From a virus, in IMG/VR virus record IMGVR_UViG_3300021961_000025: a DNA stretch of 64,000 bases, one strand, 5' to 3'. The position numbers and the translations under genes are program-made. This document shows, piece by piece, positions 25,747-35,064 of this stretch; the stretch's first letter is position 1, and each line of letters opens with the position of its first letter. Under the pieces are notes generated by a model. It was not told the origin of the DNA. It saw only the letters and a program-made list of their open reading frames with translations, and did not search any database.

Positions 25747-25976
25747 AAATAAAATATACGTTTTTTATACTATTAATCGGCATTGGACTTTACATAGTTT
25801 GCGATTGGTATAAATACAAAAAAGCAAGACTGTTCTACTACGACAAAACCGATTGTTTAGTATCAGCTAAATATAAAGACGTACCACTTGAGCAAGGATG
25901 GGGAGTTTACATTTGCAAACGTGGTGATGAAGTAAAAACAGAAATTTTAATGGATCCAGCTAAATTAGAGAGGTAA
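25743..25976 (+). CDS. Hypothetical protein with N-terminal TM
   Basis: ATGA overlap. Confidence 0.6.
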   Translation: MKIKYTFFILLIGIGLYIVCDWYKYKKARLFYYDKTDCLVSAKYKDVPLEQGWGVYICKRGDEVKTEILMDPAKLER

Positions 25977-25982
25977 TAATCT

Positions 25983-26417
25983 ATGGAAGAAGAAATGAAG
26001 ACTATGGTTGAAACGACTACAATTGTAGAGAATGACGAAGTTGAAACAACCGAACCTGTAAGAAACTTGTATCGTTATACATTTATTCTAAAAGGTAAAA
26101 AGACTTGGACTACTGACGCAGAGTCAGAAGAAGAGGCAAAACAAAGATTCGAAGAAGATACTTTTATCAATGGTAATCCGATTATCGATATTATTGAAAA
26201 CGAACTTCCTGTTCCAGAACCAGTTGATCTTGGTTACAGAGAAATGAAATCTACTAAGGTAATCTTAGAAAAAGGTGAAGAATATCTAACCGATCAGAAA
26301 GCACAATTTGCTAAAATGTTTGCTGAAGCATCTAAACAAAAGGTTGATGGTGCGACAGAGAACGTTGCTGTAGAGATCGAAACTGCTGTAAAGAAAACAA
26401 CAAAAAAGAAAAAATAG
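25983..26417 (+). CDS. Hypothetical acidic protein
   Basis: GAGG SD. Confidence 0.7.
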   Translation: MEEEMKTMVETTTIVENDEVETTEPVRNLYRYTFILKGKKTWTTDAESEEEAKQRFEEDTFINGNPIIDIIENELPVPEPVDLGYREMKSTKVILEKGEEYLTDQKAQFAKMFAEASKQKVDGATENVAVEIETAVKKTTKKKK

Positions 26418-26420
26418 TTG

Positions 26421-26449
26421 TTGACTTTTGAGTGAACCTGTAGTATAAT
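26421..26449 (+). promoter_or_regulatory. Early sigma70-type promoter
   Basis: TTGACT-N17-TATAAT. Confidence 0.88.
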
Positions 26450-26462
26450 AGGTTTTTAGATT

Positions 26463-26687
26463 ATGGAGAATATTATGTTTAAACTAGCTTACTGTGACTA
26501 TATTGCTGCTACGATTAGTAAGGCTCTACTTGGTGAAGCAAAACAAGTAACATCGCTTATTAAGAGTGCATCACATCCTCAAATGGATTTACATCCAGAT
26601 GAAGGGTACTTCCTTTCTACCAAAAAGACCATTGAAGTCGAAGACGTCCATGGTAAACAATATCGTGTTACGGTAGAGGAACTATAA
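26463..26687 (+). CDS. Hypothetical protein
   Basis: After promoter; internal GGAG SD for ATG 26475. Confidence 0.7.
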   Translation: MENIMFKLAYCDYIAATISKALLGEAKQVTSLIKSASHPQMDLHPDEGYFLSTKKTIEVEDVHGKQYRVTVEEL

Positions 26688-26688
26688 T

Positions 26689-27072
26689 ATGGGACTAATG
26701 CCTGCATGGTTTTCGACTACCAACAATGGTCGTAAAAAAGTGAAAATCAAGAAAAAACCTGGATGGGAAAAACGACAAGCAGAACACGATGCTTGGCTAC
26801 GAAAACACAATGCTCATCCTGATCAGTTAAAAGGCAAAGAACTAAGGGGAGTGGTAACACTTCCATGGGAGGCAAGTGGGTATGTCGTACGAGAGACACC
26901 TCACTATCCTAGTCGATCAACAGGTGGGTTTGCACCTTGTACAAAAAAAGAACCAATGGTTTACAGTGGCGAACGAAAACTACTTGGTATAGCTACAATG
27001 CATAAGTCGAATATGGTTCCAGTTTTTGAGGAGCAGGATGCAAAAGACATCGCTAGAATGCGAAGAGGTTAA
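26689..27072 (+). CDS. Conserved T4-like hypothetical protein (GIATMHKSN family)
   Basis: YSGE..LLGIATMHKSNMVPVF...AKDIARMRR. Confidence 0.75.
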   Translation: MGLMPAWFSTTNNGRKKVKIKKKPGWEKRQAEHDAWLRKHNAHPDQLKGKELRGVVTLPWEASGYVVRETPHYPSRSTGGFAPCTKKEPMVYSGERKLLGIATMHKSNMVPVFEEQDAKDIARMRRG

Positions 27073-27076
27073 ACAT

Positions 27077-27265
27077 ATGTTTATAGACATGGGATATGTT
27101 GCAGTATTTTTTGCATCACTCATTGGCTACTTGGGTTATCTAATGGGTAAATGGAAATACAGAGATCTAGTCGAAACAGTCGTCAATCAATTAATTGAAG
27201 ATGGCTATCTTAAGTTAGATGAACAGACAGACGAACTGATTCCGTGGAAAGAGTGGAAAAAATAA
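27077..27265 (+). CDS. Small membrane protein
   Basis: GAGG SD before ATG 27077; N-terminal TM. Confidence 0.65.
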   Translation: MFIDMGYVAVFFASLIGYLGYLMGKWKYRDLVETVVNQLIEDGYLKLDEQTDELIPWKEWKK

Positions 27266-27266
27266 G

Positions 27267-27295
27267 TTGACTTTCAAGACAAAATAGAGTATAAT
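27267..27295 (+). promoter_or_regulatory. Early sigma70-type promoter
   Basis: TTGACT-N17-TATAAT. Confidence 0.85.
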
Positions 27296-27306
27296 ATATT
27301 ATAACA

Positions 27307-27597
27307 ATGGAGAAAAATATGATGGTTGAGTTGAGTAAGATCCAAAGCGAATTGCCAATGCTTTCGCTACAGCGTGATGTGAAAAAGATTAACGAGTACA
27401 AGACGTTCTTGACAACTCAGCGTGAGAAACTTGATCGTTGGTTTGACAAGTATCTTGATATGTTCGATAAAGATATGAAACCAGAAGAAGGAACTACTCC
27501 TGTCTGGAATATGTATCGTAAGAAGTATAAAGAGTATGAGAGCATTGATTATATGATTAAGACAACTGAGTTTTATCTCTCGAAAGCACGAGTATGA
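27307..27597 (+). CDS. Hypothetical protein
   Basis: After promoter, coupled to gp33. Confidence 0.7.
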   Translation: MEKNMMVELSKIQSELPMLSLQRDVKKINEYKTFLTTQREKLDRWFDKYLDMFDKDMKPEEGTTPVWNMYRKKYKEYESIDYMIKTTEFYLSKARV

Positions 27598-27824
27598 TTT
27601 TTAAAGATGCTCAAAACTTTGCAATGTATATCGAAAAGGAAGTTATCAACAAAGGTAAGAATGGTGGCTTTACTCATTTAGATGCAATCATTGCGTACTG
27701 TGAAGTAAATTTTATCGAACCCTCTGATATCAAACATCTAATCAAAGGACCACTTAAAGAGAAATTAGAAGTTTGTTATCAGGACTTGAACTACTTACCT
27801 AAAACAGCTAAGCTGGATATGTAA
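27594..27824 (+). CDS. 33: Late transcription coactivator gp33
   Basis: FAMYIE...LDAII.YCE.N.IEP...LI...LKEKLE; synteny 33-59-32. Confidence 0.85.
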   Translation: MIFKDAQNFAMYIEKEVINKGKNGGFTHLDAIIAYCEVNFIEPSDIKHLIKGPLKEKLEVCYQDLNYLPKTAKLDM

Positions 27825-28441
27825 TGAATGGTTATGAAGTATACAAATTACACCTACGTATTAAACTGCATTATCGGAACTACTCCTTTGATGCCTTTAC
27901 GACAAATGTAGGGAGAAAACCTTATGCTAGTTACACGCAACGAAATGATATGGGTTTATATGAAAAACTTGGTAAAAGATTTAAGACACCATTTGAATGT
28001 ATTGAGTATTTCGTTTCCAATTTATCTTATGGAAATGATAGCGTACTCTATACTGGTAGTGTCGGTGATGATTACTGGAAGTCTTGGTTAAAATACAAGG
28101 AATCATTATCTCAAAGTTTCCAAAACGATCTCGATGTAATTACATTACATTGTGAAAAGAATCGAAAAGAGATTACTTCTCTATTTGATTTTGAGGAAAA
28201 GGGAATACCAGAAGTGTTTAAACTGTTACTTGGACGAAAGGTAGCAGTGCAAAGTTTGGTAATCCTTAACAGTTACAGACCATTCTTTGATAACTGGAAG
28301 TCTAGCGATATCATCTTTGAAGATGATGCTAAACGAGTTGTCAAAACAAGTGGCTTTGTAAAATTCCCTAGTGCAAAGCTGGGAAAAGGTTTCGATATTT
28401 TTCGTCGTGATTTATCGGAACTAAATATTATGGGTATGTGA
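27824..28441 (+). CDS. 59: Helicase loader gp59
   Basis: GYEVYK....IKLH....FD, YFVSN; synteny. Confidence 0.82.
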   Translation: MNGYEVYKLHLRIKLHYRNYSFDAFTTNVGRKPYASYTQRNDMGLYEKLGKRFKTPFECIEYFVSNLSYGNDSVLYTGSVGDDYWKSWLKYKESLSQSFQNDLDVITLHCEKNRKEITSLFDFEEKGIPEVFKLLLGRKVAVQSLVILNSYRPFFDNWKSSDIIFEDDAKRVVKTSGFVKFPSAKLGKGFDIFRRDLSELNIMGM

Positions 28442-28506
28442 TTTGCTTTGCAAGAAACATACTAATATAATAACAACATACGACATATTAACATACGGAG
28501 AAACAT

Positions 28507-29427
28507 ATGGATATTAATACACTTAAGAAACTTCGCAATGATGACTTCAGCAAAATTGCTGGCGAATTCGAAAAACTTGCGAACCCTCAAGCAACACAAT
28601 CCCAAAACTCAAACGAAGATACTAGATTCTGGAGACTTGATCCAGATAAAGCTGGTAATGCAACTGCAGTAATTCGTTTCCTACCTCGAGTTGAGGGTGA
28701 CGAACTACCATGGGTACGAGTATTTTCTCATGGATTCCAAGGACCAACTGGTAAGTGGTACATTGAAAACTCATTGACTACTATCGGTGGAAAAGATCCT
28801 GTCGGAGAATTAAATTCAAAACTATGGAACTCTGGTATTGAAGCAAATAAAGAGATCGCTCGAAAACAAAAGAGACGTCTTGGTTATATTGCTAACGTAC
28901 TAGTGATTTCAGATCCTAAACATCCAGAAAACGAAGGACAAGTAAAACTGTTCAAGTTTGGTAAGAAAATCTTTGATAAGATTATGGACAAAGCACGTCC
29001 AACTTTCGAAGATGAAAAGCCAGTAAACGTTTTCGATCTTTGGGAAGGTGCTGACTTTAAAATCAGAATGCGTAAAGTAGATGGTTATTCTAACTATGAT
29101 CAGTCTGCGTTTATGGAACCTGCTGCATTACACAGTGGTGAAGAATCTGCACTATTGGAAGTTGTAGGAAAACAACATAAACTTTCTGAATTTGTCTCAC
29201 CTGATAAGTTCAAATCTTTCGAAGAACTTCAAAAACGTCTTAACGATGTGTTAAGTGGTGAGTCGGCTCCAAGCACTAAACGTGCTGCAGATATGGATGA
29301 CGAACCAGTAGCTGTCGCTAAACCTGCACCGAGCAAACCTGCTCCTGCTTTGGCAACAAAGAATGCAGATTCTGACGATGACGCTGACGTGATGTCTTAC
29401 TTCCAGAAAATTGCTGAAGCAGAATAA
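28507..29427 (+). CDS. 32: Single-stranded DNA-binding protein gp32
   Basis: DKAGNATAVIRFLP, HGFQGPTGKWYIENS.TT, FGKKIFDKI, acidic tail. Confidence 0.96.
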   Translation: MDINTLKKLRNDDFSKIAGEFEKLANPQATQSQNSNEDTRFWRLDPDKAGNATAVIRFLPRVEGDELPWVRVFSHGFQGPTGKWYIENSLTTIGGKDPVGELNSKLWNSGIEANKEIARKQKRRLGYIANVLVISDPKHPENEGQVKLFKFGKKIFDKIMDKARPTFEDEKPVNVFDLWEGADFKIRMRKVDGYSNYDQSAFMEPAALHSGEESALLEVVGKQHKLSEFVSPDKFKSFEELQKRLNDVLSGESAPSTKRAADMDDEPVAVAKPAPSKPAPALATKNADSDDDADVMSYFQKIAEAE

Positions 29428-29458
29428 TCAGTAATAGACTTATCGTTATATAATTAAA

Positions 29459-29487
29459 GTGGGGGACTTTCGTCCCCCATTTTTTTA
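29459..29487. terminator. Intrinsic terminator between convergent operons
   Basis: TGGGGGAC-TTTC-GTCCCCCA followed by T-run. Confidence 0.88.
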
Positions 29488-29670
29488 ATTTCTTCTTCTC
29501 CACCTTTTGTTCCATATCCAATTATTAAACTTACTGGCATATTTCTCGACTTTATTCCAAAACCAGCCGAAGATACCTCTATGCCAAAACCAATGATCAT
29601 ATCGTTTGTGGTGGAATAAGAACTTCTTTTCCTTATTCATATTTTGCATTAACTCCCACATTGTCAGCAT
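29485..29670 (-). CDS. Small Trp-rich cationic protein
   Basis: Abuts upstream gene stop; ends at terminator. Confidence 0.55.
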   Translation of the reverse strand: MLTMWELMQNMNKEKKFLFHHKRYDHWFWHRGIFGWFWNKVEKYASKFNNWIWNKRWRRRN

Positions 29671-30309
29671 TTATTGTTTTATCGTCCTAATAGATCCATC
29701 TTCAAGTGCAAGATACGCACTGAATTGTATAGTAGGGAACATTCTTTTCATTTTCAAAAATTCTCTTAGATTATTCAAATCATCATCAATCATTCTTACT
29801 CGTGCATATCGCTTAGTCATTAAGTAAGCACGAATAATTAACATCTTCTTTATCGCAGGTACATCAATGTCGCCAATCATACCTGCTCTTTCAACACGAA
29901 CTTTGTCGATGTCGAAACCATATTTCCTAAAAGTCGCTAAAAACTTATCACGATGATCGAAGTTATTTCGAGCAGTGATAATAATTACTCGGCTTAAAGG
30001 ATTCTTAATACTGTTCGCTAGAATTGCTTTAGCTTTCGCCATCATCTTTGCAATTGGAACAGATTCTTTATAAAACTTAGCAGCATCTTTAAACTGCTTA
30101 TAATCGTATACTTCACCTTGCTTCAGTTTGTAGCTATTATATTCAGAAGTCGATAACTCTCGAGTTACTTTTTGTAACTTCGTATCATAGACCGCAATTT
30201 TAGCCGTAGTACGAAATAAAGTATCATCAATATCAAAGACAGTAAGTCCACCATTTTGATATTCCTCCGATTCCTTCAAGAAACCTTTTAGTGAGAGCAA
30301 TTTGGACAT
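29671..30309 (-). CDS. HAD-superfamily phosphatase-like protein
   Basis: VFDIDDTLF, IIITAR, K, MIDDD motifs I-IV. Confidence 0.8.
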   Translation of the reverse strand: MSKLLSLKGFLKESEEYQNGGLTVFDIDDTLFRTTAKIAVYDTKLQKVTRELSTSEYNSYKLKQGEVYDYKQFKDAAKFYKESVPIAKMMAKAKAILANSIKNPLSRVIIITARNNFDHRDKFLATFRKYGFDIDKVRVERAGMIGDIDVPAIKKMLIIRAYLMTKRYARVRMIDDDLNNLREFLKMKRMFPTIQFSAYLALEDGSIRTIKQ

Positions 30310-30311
30310 TA

Positions 30312-32219
30312 CTAAAATGCTCCCACGTATGCTCTACTGCTATTGTATTGACTACGTACAGTAGAATCAGTATTTCTTACAGGGATCGACACAGTATTAA
30401 CTGATGTCGATACATTGTTGTTAGAAGTAGGTGCAACGACTGTATTTACGTTACCACCTCCACCAGCAGATTCATCTCTTGCTGCTGATGTCATTGCTGA
30501 AGCATTAGTAACTATTGTTCCATCGGAATTCATATAGCCACCAGCTTGAACAAATGATGTCATTCTACGCCATGGAGCCTCACCGAGTGCATCCATTGCT
30601 TTTTCTAATTTGTCTGCGTCAACGTCTGCGAAAGACGCCATTGATAAACCGAGTTGATCTAATCCTGCTGCTGCTGCTTGAATACCTGCACCAGCTTCAC
30701 CAATCTTAATTAATTGTTCAACAGGAGTATCCTGTCCGAAAGAAAGTAATTTTGTAACTAGATTACCCAAGCCAGCAAGAACGTTACCTGCAGCAAACGC
30801 AACCATTGATGCACCAATTGCTGTAATACCTGCAGCAACAGCTAATAGATTACCACCATCAAGTTCTCCTAGTCTTTCTAGACCAGTAGTCATTGAGTTC
30901 ATACCCTCGCCGATTGCTTGCATTGCTTCGCCGATAATCCAAAGAGCACCACCCATTAAGCCAAGAGCAACTGCACCAGCGATAATTAGTGGAGCAGCAG
31001 TACCTGCGATTGCACCAATAACACCCACACCTGCGAGAGTTAATAAACCTTTAGCAACAGTATCCCATCCGATACCTTCAAATGCTTCAAGTGCTTTACT
31101 TGCTAACCACATTACACCTGTAATTGCTGCAAGTCCTAATGCACCCATTAACATAGATCCAGATGCTTTACCTGCGATAACTCCAATAACAGCAAGTGCA
31201 CCTATTGTACCTACACCTTTAGCTAGAGTTTCCCAATCTAGATCTTCAAAATTACTTAATGCTTTACTTACAATCCATAAAGCACCTGCGATACCGACTA
31301 AACCTAATGCACCTTTAAGCAATGATCCAGCCATACCACCGAAACCTTTAATTCCTTCTCCAATTTTACCCATAAGTCCACCACCACCTCCAGCAGCAGG
31401 TTGTGGATTTCCTGGAGTGCCACCTCCAGCAGATGCTCTAGTGTTGGCTTCAATTTTTTCTAGGATGTCATTTTGACTATCCATTTGACGAACATTTTCC
31501 AAGTGCTGTTCTTTTTCTTCTGCACTTGGTGCTGGACCAACTTCTTCTCCAGTAGCACTATCTACCTTTTCAGGTTGAATAGTTGAGAAGTTTTGGTCTG
31601 TAGCAAACCTTGCACGAATGTCAGTATTACCGACAACTTGTAGCATTTCATCTCTGCTTGCTAAAAGTTTAGAACCTTGTTCTGTACGAGCAATTTGCTC
31701 TTCATTCATCCCAGCATCTTTAAAGTACTGGAGTTCTTTATTTGTTTTAGATAAATTTCTTCTTGCGTCGTAGTTCGCTCCAAAGTCTAAAGCGAGTTCT
31801 TCATTAGATTTGGTCGATCCTAATCTCTTTTGTTGTTCTACGAATTCTGATTTGGCAATTGATTTATTAAAGAGACCACCGAAGTTAAATGCTTTCATTA
31901 AACCTCGTCCTGGATTTTTAATAAAATCACCGAAAGGTTTTACGAATCCTTTAATGCCATCGACCATTCTTGCGATTGGACCACGAATCTCTTGTATTCC
32001 GTCAGTCAAATCTTTAATCGCAGCAAGAGATTTCTCATCAAACTCGATTTGATCTTTTCTAAGTTTTAACATTTCAATGTTACTTCTTAGAAGTTTTTCG
32101 TCTAAAATCGATGCCTTTGATGCGATCTCTTTTACAGTTGTGGTTTTATTCTGTTCAAGAGCACGTGACTGCTCTAACAGAATAGTACCCATACCTGCGT
32201 TGTTTGGTTCGATAGCCAT
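30312..32219 (-). CDS. Tail tape measure / baseplate hub (gp29-like)
   Basis: Ala/Gly-rich amphipathic repeats, C-terminal VVAPTSNNN motif, downstream of gp26/gp51. Confidence 0.7.
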   Translation of the reverse strand: MAIEPNNAGMGTILLEQSRALEQNKTTTVKEIASKASILDEKLLRSNIEMLKLRKDQIEFDEKSLAAIKDLTDGIQEIRGPIARMVDGIKGFVKPFGDFIKNPGRGLMKAFNFGGLFNKSIAKSEFVEQQKRLGSTKSNEELALDFGANYDARRNLSKTNKELQYFKDAGMNEEQIARTEQGSKLLASRDEMLQVVGNTDIRARFATDQNFSTIQPEKVDSATGEEVGPAPSAEEKEQHLENVRQMDSQNDILEKIEANTRASAGGGTPGNPQPAAGGGGGLMGKIGEGIKGFGGMAGSLLKGALGLVGIAGALWIVSKALSNFEDLDWETLAKGVGTIGALAVIGVIAGKASGSMLMGALGLAAITGVMWLASKALEAFEGIGWDTVAKGLLTLAGVGVIGAIAGTAAPLIIAGAVALGLMGGALWIIGEAMQAIGEGMNSMTTGLERLGELDGGNLLAVAAGITAIGASMVAFAAGNVLAGLGNLVTKLLSFGQDTPVEQLIKIGEAGAGIQAAAAGLDQLGLSMASFADVDADKLEKAMDALGEAPWRRMTSFVQAGGYMNSDGTIVTNASAMTSAARDESAGGGGNVNTVVAPTSNNNVSTSVNTVSIPVRNTDSTVRSQYNSSRAYVGAF

Positions 32220-32228
32220 CTAATTACC

Positions 32229-32396
32229 TTATCGTTTTTTCATCTTTTGTTGTTCGTAACGTTGTTTTTCTTCCTCGAGATGTTTGACTAACATATGCAC
32301 ATAAATCTCTCTCTCGAAAGGCATCATTTCTTCCACCTCAGTCAACGAATATTTATGATATTGCATCATTGCAAAGTTAGTCTTGTAATGATTCAT
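32229..32396 (-). CDS. 51: Baseplate hub assembly protein gp51-like (55 aa)
   Basis: Not in track; MNHYKTNFAMMQYHKYSLTEVEEMMPFEREIY. Confidence 0.85.
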   Translation of the reverse strand: MNHYKTNFAMMQYHKYSLTEVEEMMPFEREIYVHMLVKHLEEEKQRYEQQKMKKR

Positions 32397-32419
32397 TAAA
32401 GACTCGTGGCTGAGGTTAA

Positions 32420-33157
32420 TTAAAAAAAACTTTGTAACCCTTCCAGCTTCGAGACGTTATGATGTTTACATACAGGACAATCGTACTCAACTGTCTTAGT
32501 TAACTTCGGCATAGTGTTGAAAAACTTTTGTAGTTTCGCAAACTGTTCAGAAGTTAAATTCTCTACGAATTGTAACAACTCTTCTTTTGTAGAATCTTTA
32601 GAGTGGTATACTTCCTCGCCTTTATAAATTTGATCAATACTCTCAGCCATAATGCCGAAAATACTAGCGATCAACTCAGCGTTTTTACCATCTGTTTGTT
32701 TCTGAATACTAGTCAGAGCCTCAACTGATGGATACTTCATTACCACACCTACATCGTCAAACAAACTAATCTTGCTAGTATGTTCTAGATTCTTTTCTAC
32801 TGTAATTCCTGTAATGTCGATGCTAACCTTTACTTTTGCTTTATCGTTATCTTTACACGATGGTTGCTGACAGCTAAAGATTAACTCAACTAATTCTCCT
32901 ACTGACTTCGCACGAATTTGAGTAAACAAATACTCTAGATCGAACGTAGCTAGTTTTTCTGTATTTACATCCTTATCAATTATGCAATTTGTAATTACAT
33001 TCCTCAGAGTGTTGACCATAACTTTAGGATCTTCTGACTGCTGAGCAATAAGTAATGCTTTTTCATCTTTTACTAGAAAAGGACGGAACTTAACTTCCTT
33101 CTCTAAACTTGGTACAACTACGGTATACGTAGGAGTACTCGAAATAGGCAAAGCCAT
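32420..33157 (-). CDS. 26: Baseplate hub subunit gp26-like
   Basis: MALP....PTY....PS, FRPFLVKDEKALL, FDLEYLF..IRAKSVGE, GLQSFF. Confidence 0.88.
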   Translation of the reverse strand: MALPISSTPTYTVVVPSLEKEVKFRPFLVKDEKALLIAQQSEDPKVMVNTLRNVITNCIIDKDVNTEKLATFDLEYLFTQIRAKSVGELVELIFSCQQPSCKDNDKAKVKVSIDITGITVEKNLEHTSKISLFDDVGVVMKYPSVEALTSIQKQTDGKNAELIASIFGIMAESIDQIYKGEEVYHSKDSTKEELLQFVENLTSEQFAKLQKFFNTMPKLTKTVEYDCPVCKHHNVSKLEGLQSFF

Positions 33158-33160
33158 AAT

Positions 33161-33586
33161 TTATTCTCCTTTTAATTTACCAATCATTTTATTTAATTCA
33201 GATGTAGATCCAACAAAGATTGCGTTGTTGGTTACACTTCTCGCATCAGATCCCTTGTCTTTTTTATCATCAAAGGATTGTCGTTGCTTATGTAATTCCA
33301 TTAATTGTTGGTTTACATCAGCTAGTTGCTTGATCATATTACCCACCACTTCAAATGCTCTTGGGTGTTCTGATTGTTTTGCAACTTCTAAAGCGTGAAG
33401 TAATGCTTCTTCACCCTTTTCTAGTAGATTGTGTAAATTACCACGACTGTCGTTATAATCACTATCAATCTTATCTAAATTCTTATCAACTGGAGCCACC
33501 TCACGTTTAGGCATTACTTCAATTGGATTCTCTATTGGTTTTTCTAAACCAAATGTTTCACTTAAATTATTATCTATTTTTGTCAT
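33161..33586 (-). CDS. 16: Terminase small subunit gp16-like
   Basis: DY..SR.NL, SEHPRAFEV, VTNNAIFVGSTSEL. Confidence 0.8.
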   Translation of the reverse strand: MTKIDNNLSETFGLEKPIENPIEVMPKREVAPVDKNLDKIDSDYNDSRGNLHNLLEKGEEALLHALEVAKQSEHPRAFEVVGNMIKQLADVNQQLMELHKQRQSFDDKKDKGSDARSVTNNAIFVGSTSELNKMIGKLKGE

Positions 33587-33596
33587 TTTTTATACC

Positions 33597-34448
33597 TTAT
33601 GCACTAACGTCTAGTGGATTCGCTGCTGCCCATTGAGCCATAGGATCAGTTGTTGGTTCTTCTTGCCCCACTGGAGTTGCTGAAGAAATTGGATTATTAA
33701 ATTGGTTTTCTTGCTGTACTGCTAGATTATTAAAACTTTCTTGGTAGTTATCCCATGCATTCATATAATCATTCGGAACAGAAGTTGTCTGTGCAGTAAT
33801 TTGTGATGCAACATCGCCAATTGAAGTAGAAAATATTGCTGCTTGTTCTATTTGTTCATTATTAGGTTTTCCGAAGAATGTTGTCGTAAAATATTTATAT
33901 TGAATCGTTACGGAAATTTTTAATAGATCACGTGATGTACTATCTAACTGCATTGATGCAACTGTTTTTGGATATGCTTCGTGTAAAGTAATAGCATAAC
34001 GATGTAAATTTTGAACATCATATACGTGAATAGTAATAGGTGCGACATAGTCGTTGTAGTAACTCATGTGTCTTGTATACGGATCTTGAATTACGTTTAG
34101 CCATCCTTCCCAAAATCTACGAACATGCATTTGATTGTCAACAAAAAAAGTAAGAGTTACTGTATCAAACAATTTCTCGTATGGCATTTCACGATATTCG
34201 CCAAACGTTCTTGCTTGTGTTGATGCAAAGTTAAGTCCAGGAAGTTGGGCTGAATCACAAAATAAAAATAGATCACGAGTAGTGAAATCTGTATTAATAA
34301 CACGACCACGTGATGGAGATCTTACAACTTCTAATGATCGTGGTGGAGTTATAACTACACCAAATCTATTTGCACGTGCTAGTCCTCCAGTTTTTACCTT
34401 AGAGATAAAATCGGATAAATTTAATACTGGTGCTTCGTTAACTGACAT
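33597..34448 (-). CDS. Tail tube / tube-initiator protein (gp19/gp54 family)
   Basis: GLARANRF, CDSAQLPG, FE/WEGW, L..AYP..V; start ATG 34448. Confidence 0.8.
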   Translation of the reverse strand: MSVNEAPVLNLSDFISKVKTGGLARANRFGVVITPPRSLEVVRSPSRGRVINTDFTTRDLFLFCDSAQLPGLNFASTQARTFGEYREMPYEKLFDTVTLTFFVDNQMHVRRFWEGWLNVIQDPYTRHMSYYNDYVAPITIHVYDVQNLHRYAITLHEAYPKTVASMQLDSTSRDLLKISVTIQYKYFTTTFFGKPNNEQIEQAAIFSTSIGDVASQITAQTTSVPNDYMNAWDNYQESFNNLAVQQENQFNNPISSATPVGQEEPTTDPMAQWAAANPLDVSA

Positions 34449-35047
34449 TATACTCTCCCAAAACTTTCTGCCCATACTGCTTGTTTGCTAGCACCTGTAA
34501 ATCTTTCTACAGGTAACATCATCGCAGTAAACCACTGGCTTGCGTCTACTTCTAAAAATTGACTCTTAACGTGGCTAATTAAATACTTATGAACACAAGG
34601 TTTGGCTAAAGCAAGTCTACTTGCTGATTTAACAGTTGCCCATTGAAACTTTAATCGAGTTGTTTGATCCATCTTTGTGTTTGTTGAATACGATAATAAA
34701 CGATCTAATAAACGAACACGAAGTATATAAGGCAAGTAATGCATATTTAACCCTATAAAACTATCTGCTGTTCTATCAAAAGGAAATACCAAAGGGAACT
34801 GATCCCAATAAGGAAGATCGTCCTTACCTTTTGCTTCATAAAAGAACATGTATAACTTTCCAGGCATTACACGATTCTTTAATTGTGCGTCTGAGCCACC
34901 TCCTGCTCGCATCAACTTATTAGGTTGAATACGTGCACGATTTAGTTCAACAGCTTGTTTGTTGAACCAACTTTGTGCTTTCTTTGCTATGTTTCGATCT
35001 TGCTGATACTTTGCAAAGACGTCTGATGCTGTTTGTGCTTTTGCCAT
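34448..35047 (-). CDS. 2: DNA end protector gp2
   Basis: PGKLYMFFY.AK....LPYWD.FPL, GLNMHYLP. Confidence 0.92.
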   Translation of the reverse strand: MAKAQTASDVFAKYQQDRNIAKKAQSWFNKQAVELNRARIQPNKLMRAGGGSDAQLKNRVMPGKLYMFFYEAKGKDDLPYWDQFPLVFPFDRTADSFIGLNMHYLPYILRVRLLDRLLSYSTNTKMDQTTRLKFQWATVKSASRLALAKPCVHKYLISHVKSQFLEVDASQWFTAMMLPVERFTGASKQAVWAESFGRV

Positions 35048-35064
35048 ATTATTATTTAGTTATC

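Noticed and set aside
30700-31400. Repetitive Ala/Gly-rich DNA
   Set aside because: Explained by tape-measure protein repeats
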